Positions 60,221-64,000 of a stretch of 64,000 nucleotides of DNA are shown here, piece by piece. The notes under the pieces are model-generated. The model saw nothing but the letters and a program-made list of their open reading frames with translations, searched no databases and was not told the origin of the DNA. A program made the translations under genes and the position numbers. Source of the DNA: Candidatus Heimdallarchaeota archaeon (GTDB lineage: Archaea > Asgardarchaeota > Heimdallarchaeia > Hodarchaeales > Hodarchaeaceae). Within the stretch, counting starts at the first letter, position 1; each line of letters starts with the position of its first letter. The stretch lies in contig CP070695.1 of assembly GCA_020353515.1 (NCBI GenBank), forward strand, positions 4,228,931-4,292,930, written 5' to 3'.

Positions 60221-60670
60221 CTAATCATGTTCAAGTAGCTCAATCATCACTTTCAGGTCTTTTAGAGAATCGATATAGGCATAGCGACCTCCTGTGTATT
60301 CACCCTTCTGAATTAAAGGTATCTCAATTTTAGCCAGTTCAAGTAATATCTTATTCATTCCATCTATGACAAACGCTATATGGTGAATTCCTTCGCCTTC
60401 CGTATCTAAATGCTCTCTCCATGTACTAGGCTTGTCATCGGGTTCAATGAGTTCAATCTCTAAGTTCTTTAATTTTATGAATGCTAATTTTGCCCTGGCA
60501 TGTGTCGGATTTCCTCTATATTCAGTCTTTGCTTTATCAAAAGGGTCTGTCCAGAACCATTGAGGCTTTTCAGTACCAAACATCTTGGAAAAAATCAGTG
60601 AGGTTTCTTCAATGTTTTTCACAATTATTCCTATTTGTACGATTACTTGATTTTCTAGTATTGCTGACAT
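60221..60670 (-). CDS. VOC/glyoxalase family (methylmalonyl-CoA epimerase-like)
   Basis: QIGIIV, IELIEP, GEGIHHIAF, IELLE. Confidence 0.85.
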   Translation of the reverse strand: MSAILENQVIVQIGIIVKNIEETSLIFSKMFGTEKPQWFWTDPFDKAKTEYRGNPTHARAKLAFIKLKNLEIELIEPDDKPSTWREHLDTEGEGIHHIAFVIDGMNKILLELAKIEIPLIQKGEYTGGRYAYIDSLKDLKVMIELLEHD

Positions 60671-61005
60671 TTATCAAATACTTCCTGCAGATTATTGATT
60701 TGAATCCATTTTATGAACAAATCTAAATCAGCTAATTCTTTCTTTTTGGGCATTTTCTGTACATTATGGTTAATGTATTGTTTAAAGGTATCTGAAGGCG
60801 TTTTAAAAGACTAATGAAATTTATACAAATGACCGAGTGATACAAGAAAATAAACTGGGACGATTTAAAAAGGATGAATGGATTACCTTTATAGTGTCAT
60901 TTTTAACATTCGACTTTCTTCTAAGACGAAAAGTAAAATTCTTTAAGAAATAGCTTTAAGCCAGTGGATTATCACCCAAATGCAGAAACATCAGAGGTGT
61001 AAATA

Positions 61006-61989
61006 ATGAGAAAGGTAGATGTGAGGTGGAAGAAGATCTTTAGTCATCCATCCATGAACTATGTTTTTAAAAAATCTGCTTTTTATTTGGTAGCAATTAT
61101 CATAGCCCTTACATTTGCTTTTTTCGTCCCGAGGTTCATGTCCTCTGCAGAAAGGAATATTTGGGTTGTTTATTTTTTTGACCTAGATAAACCGTTGGTA
61201 GAACAATATCTAATTTTTTGGTCTAATTTAATCCGACTTGATTTAGGCCCATCTTTTACTTACTATCCTATGACTGTAATAGAAGTAATGTTTTTTCCTC
61301 TTATTTACACATCACTTCTAGTAATTCCAGTATTATTCCTAAGTTTCTATGTAGGTAATTGGATTGGGGGTAGAGCTGCATACCTTAAAGGCAGATTAAA
61401 TGATTTGGTTTACTATATTTTACTCTGTGCCCGATCAGCACCGTTTTATTGGCTAGGAATTATCATATTTGTCTATTTTGTGACAGGGGACAATATCTTT
61501 CTTGCACATCCTGGCGGAATCAGTCCTGGAGTTAGTCGAGGATTTACTACAGAATTTTTCATTGATACTTTGCGTCATTATGCTCCAGCATTTCTAACAT
61601 TATTTATTGTCAACATAGGATTCTGGGCATTGGGTATGCGAGCTATGATTCTTTATGAAATGGAGACGTCTTATATTAATTATGCGAGACATTCAGGATT
61701 TAGAAATTCAACATTAAGAAAATATTCACAAAGAAACGCTATTTTACCACAGTTCACTTTGTTGAACATGAGATTGAATGAACTCGTTGGTGAGACATTG
61801 ATATTAGAAAACGTCCTCTTATGGCCTGGGATTGGTGCTCTATATTTAGATTCCATATTATCACGAGACTACCCCCTTGTAACGGGGATTACTATTGTAC
61901 TTTTAGTAATTGCTATTATTGGCAATTTTTTGATCGATGTATCATATGGATTACTAGATCCCCGTATAAGAACTGGATCTAAGACTTAA
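61006..61989 (+). CDS. Second OppB-like ABC permease, paralog of 41041-42132
   Basis: Shared segments WIGGRAAxLKGRLNDL, GDNIFLxHPGGISP, EFFIDTLRHYAP, LDPRI. Confidence 0.88.
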   Translation: MRKVDVRWKKIFSHPSMNYVFKKSAFYLVAIIIALTFAFFVPRFMSSAERNIWVVYFFDLDKPLVEQYLIFWSNLIRLDLGPSFTYYPMTVIEVMFFPLIYTSLLVIPVLFLSFYVGNWIGGRAAYLKGRLNDLVYYILLCARSAPFYWLGIIIFVYFVTGDNIFLAHPGGISPGVSRGFTTEFFIDTLRHYAPAFLTLFIVNIGFWALGMRAMILYEMETSYINYARHSGFRNSTLRKYSQRNAILPQFTLLNMRLNELVGETLILENVLLWPGIGALYLDSILSRDYPLVTGITIVLLVIAIIGNFLIDVSYGLLDPRIRTGSKT

Positions 61990-62075
61990 AAGAATTCTCT
62001 TCTCCCCACAACTTTTAAAGGGAGTTACTCTTTTTCAATAACATTGTTTCTTAGTTGTGAAAGGAGGAATATTGT

Positions 62076-63071
62076 ATGGAAAAAGGATCTGATCAAACCA
62101 TCATTGGTGATAACTTACCAAATATACCTTGGGAAAATAAACCGAAAGATTGTTTTGATGTCGTTTGGCGTTCAGAACGAAATCCTATAATTCCTAGGGA
62201 TTTAATACCTTCCTCGAATAGTATTTTCAACAGTGCTGTAGTTCCTTTTAATGGTGAATTTGCTGGAGTTTTTAGATGTGATGATAAATATCGAAATATG
62301 CGACTACATAAAGGAAAGAGTAAAGATGGTTTAAACTGGGATATCGATGATGAACCTATCTCTTTCATATGTGATAATTCAGATATTGCTACATTTGTCT
62401 ATGGATATGATCCTAGGGTCTGTTGGATAGAGGAACGATTCTATGTGACTTGGTGTAATTGGTATCATGGTCCAACTATTGGTGTTGCATATACTCATGA
62501 TTTTAAAGAATTTTATCAACTAGAAAATACTTTTTTACCTTATAATAGGAATGGTGTGTTATTTCCACGAAAAATCAATGGAAAATATGCGATGGTAAGT
62601 CGACCTAGCGATCGAGGACATACACCTTGGGGAGACATTTTCTATAGTGAGAGCCCTGATATGATTCATTGGGGTCATCATCGCCATGTTATGTCAGCTA
62701 ACTTTGGTTGGCAATCAACAAAGATCGGAGCTGGTCCTATTCCAATTGAAACCACTAAGGGTTGGCTCATGATTTACCATGGTGTGTTAACATCGTGTAA
62801 CGGATTTGTATATAGTATGGGAGCCGCCATACTCGATCTTAAGCGACCTTGGGAGGTCAAGTACCGAACAGGACCATATATTCTATCCCCGCAAAAACTT
62901 TACGAATGTGTTGGGGATGTACCGAATGTCGTATTTCCATGTGCTGCATTAACTGATGCTACAACAGGTCGTATCGCTATCTATTATGGGGCAGCGGACA
63001 CAGTTATCTGTTTAGCCTATACTCAGGTAGACGATCTTATTGAATTTACTCAAACCAATACAATAATATAA
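62076..63071 (+). CDS. GH130 beta-mannoside phosphorylase (beta-1,4-mannooligosaccharide/mannosyl-GlcNAc type)
   Basis: [42 protein letters not shown]. Confidence 0.9.
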   Translation: MEKGSDQTIIGDNLPNIPWENKPKDCFDVVWRSERNPIIPRDLIPSSNSIFNSAVVPFNGEFAGVFRCDDKYRNMRLHKGKSKDGLNWDIDDEPISFICDNSDIATFVYGYDPRVCWIEERFYVTWCNWYHGPTIGVAYTHDFKEFYQLENTFLPYNRNGVLFPRKINGKYAMVSRPSDRGHTPWGDIFYSESPDMIHWGHHRHVMSANFGWQSTKIGAGPIPIETTKGWLMIYHGVLTSCNGFVYSMGAAILDLKRPWEVKYRTGPYILSPQKLYECVGDVPNVVFPCAALTDATTGRIAIYYGAADTVICLAYTQVDDLIEFTQTNTII

Positions 63072-63144
63072 CAAAGCAAAAGTCATACATGAAATTAGAG
63101 TACTTCAAAGGTACAATTTATTATTTCTTTTAAGAAGCCTGAGG

Positions 63145-64000
63145 ATGATGTCTTATCGTAAATTGTTGGTTATTAGCATTTCAATATTGCTTCTATTGAG
63201 TGGAATGATGTTTTTCTATCTTTTTAACATGATCTCTCAGCCTGTACCCCCTGAAAATAATGATACAACAACTGAACCAACAGATAAGAAACCTGAACCG
63301 ACTTTCCTGGAAGTAGAATATTCATCTTATTTTTGGGAACAATTAACCTGGTCTGATGAGTTCAATTATACTGGTTTTCCGAATGATACTAAATGGAACT
63401 TTGAGATGCGTGGACCAGGTTGGGTTAACGAAGAGGAACAGGAATATGTGAAAGATCTAAATAATTCTTTTGTAGAAAATGATACATTGATTCTAAAAGC
63501 CACTCTCAGCGATAAAATTGGTATTAAATACACATCTGCAAGAATAAATTCACGTTCACATGGTTCTTGGACCTATGGCCGATTTGAAGCTAGGGCCATT
63601 TTACCTCATGGCCGTGGACTCTGGCCTGCAATCTGGATGATGCCTCAGAGCAGCGTTTATGGCTGGTGGCCAGAAAGTGGGGAGATAGATATCATGGAAT
63701 ATGTGGGGTACAATCCTGGGGTTATTCATGGGACGATTCATTGTGAGGCTTATAATCATTTGAGAGGTACCCAGCTAGGAGGATCTACTGTTATTACTGA
63801 CTGTGAGGAACAATTTCATACTTACGCCATTGAATGGTTCCCCAATCGTCTTGATTTCTTTGTAGATGATCTAAAGTACTTTACATTTAATAAAGAAGAA
63901 AATGCTTCCTCCCATACATGGCCATTCGATCAAAACTTTTATTGGATCCTAAATATTGCGGTTGGGGGTTCTTGGGGTGGACTTTATGGAATTGATGACT
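63145..64000 (+). CDS. GH16 laminarinase-type glucanase with N-terminal membrane anchor (3' truncated; absent from ORF track)
   Basis: Open to the window end: TM helix, Pro/Thr linker, WSDEF, YTSARI, WPAIWM, WPESGEIDIME catalytic motif, WPFDQ..LNIAVGG. Confidence 0.92.
   Translation, partial: MMSYRKLLVISISILLLLSGMMFFYLFNMISQPVPPENNDTTTEPTDKKPEPTFLEVEYSSYFWEQLTWSDEFNYTGFPNDTKWNFEMRGPGWVNEEEQEYVKDLNNSFVENDTLILKATLSDKIGIKYTSARINSRSHGSWTYGRFEARAILPHGRGLWPAIWMMPQSSVYGWWPESGEIDIMEYVGYNPGVIHGTIHCEAYNHLRGTQLGGSTVITDCEEQFHTYAIEWFPNRLDFFVDDLKYFTFNKEENASSHTWPFDQNFYWILNIAVGGSWGGLYGIDD

Noticed and set aside
697-62368. Numerous 60-145 aa ORFs antisense to or nested in long genes (e.g. 697-1023, 15521-15862, 28719-29156, 43488-43793)
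   Set aside because: Shadow frames of well-supported genes with no recognisable motifs
1-64000. CRISPR arrays, tRNA/rRNA, SRP or RNase P RNA, transposases, integrases
   Set aside because: No regularly spaced repeats, cloverleafs, conserved RNA motifs or DDE/tyrosine recombinase motifs seen by eye

Overview
AT-rich, gene-dense archaeal DNA, most likely from an Asgard archaeon of the Heimdallarchaeia/Hodarchaeales type. This is inferred from a longin/roadblock-small GTPase fusion, an alpha-solenoid-RING protein, a wHTH-Yip1-like protein, several PGF-type C-terminal sorting signals and kynureninase. The left part (1-29.7 kb) holds a NikR-linked Ni/Co ECF transporter operon with a candidate operator, housekeeping enzymes and peptidases, a 1024-aa S-layer-like protein and several eukaryote-like proteins. 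The right part (29.8 kb to beyond the window end) is a contiguous, at least 34-kb polysaccharide-utilisation locus. It encodes GH20, 2xGH17, 2xGH94, GH3, GH116, GH2 (exo-glucosaminidase type), GH130 and GH16, an Opp-type ABC importer with a PGF-anchored binding protein plus an orphan paralogous permease, an LVIVD propeller, and a ROK-NagB-PIG-L triple fusion. The predicted substrates are beta-1,3-glucan, chitin/chitosan and beta-mannosides, with a clear split between surface-anchored and cytoplasmic enzymes. No rRNA, tRNA, CRISPR array or intact mobile element was recognised. All family calls come from motif recognition by eye, not from database searches.
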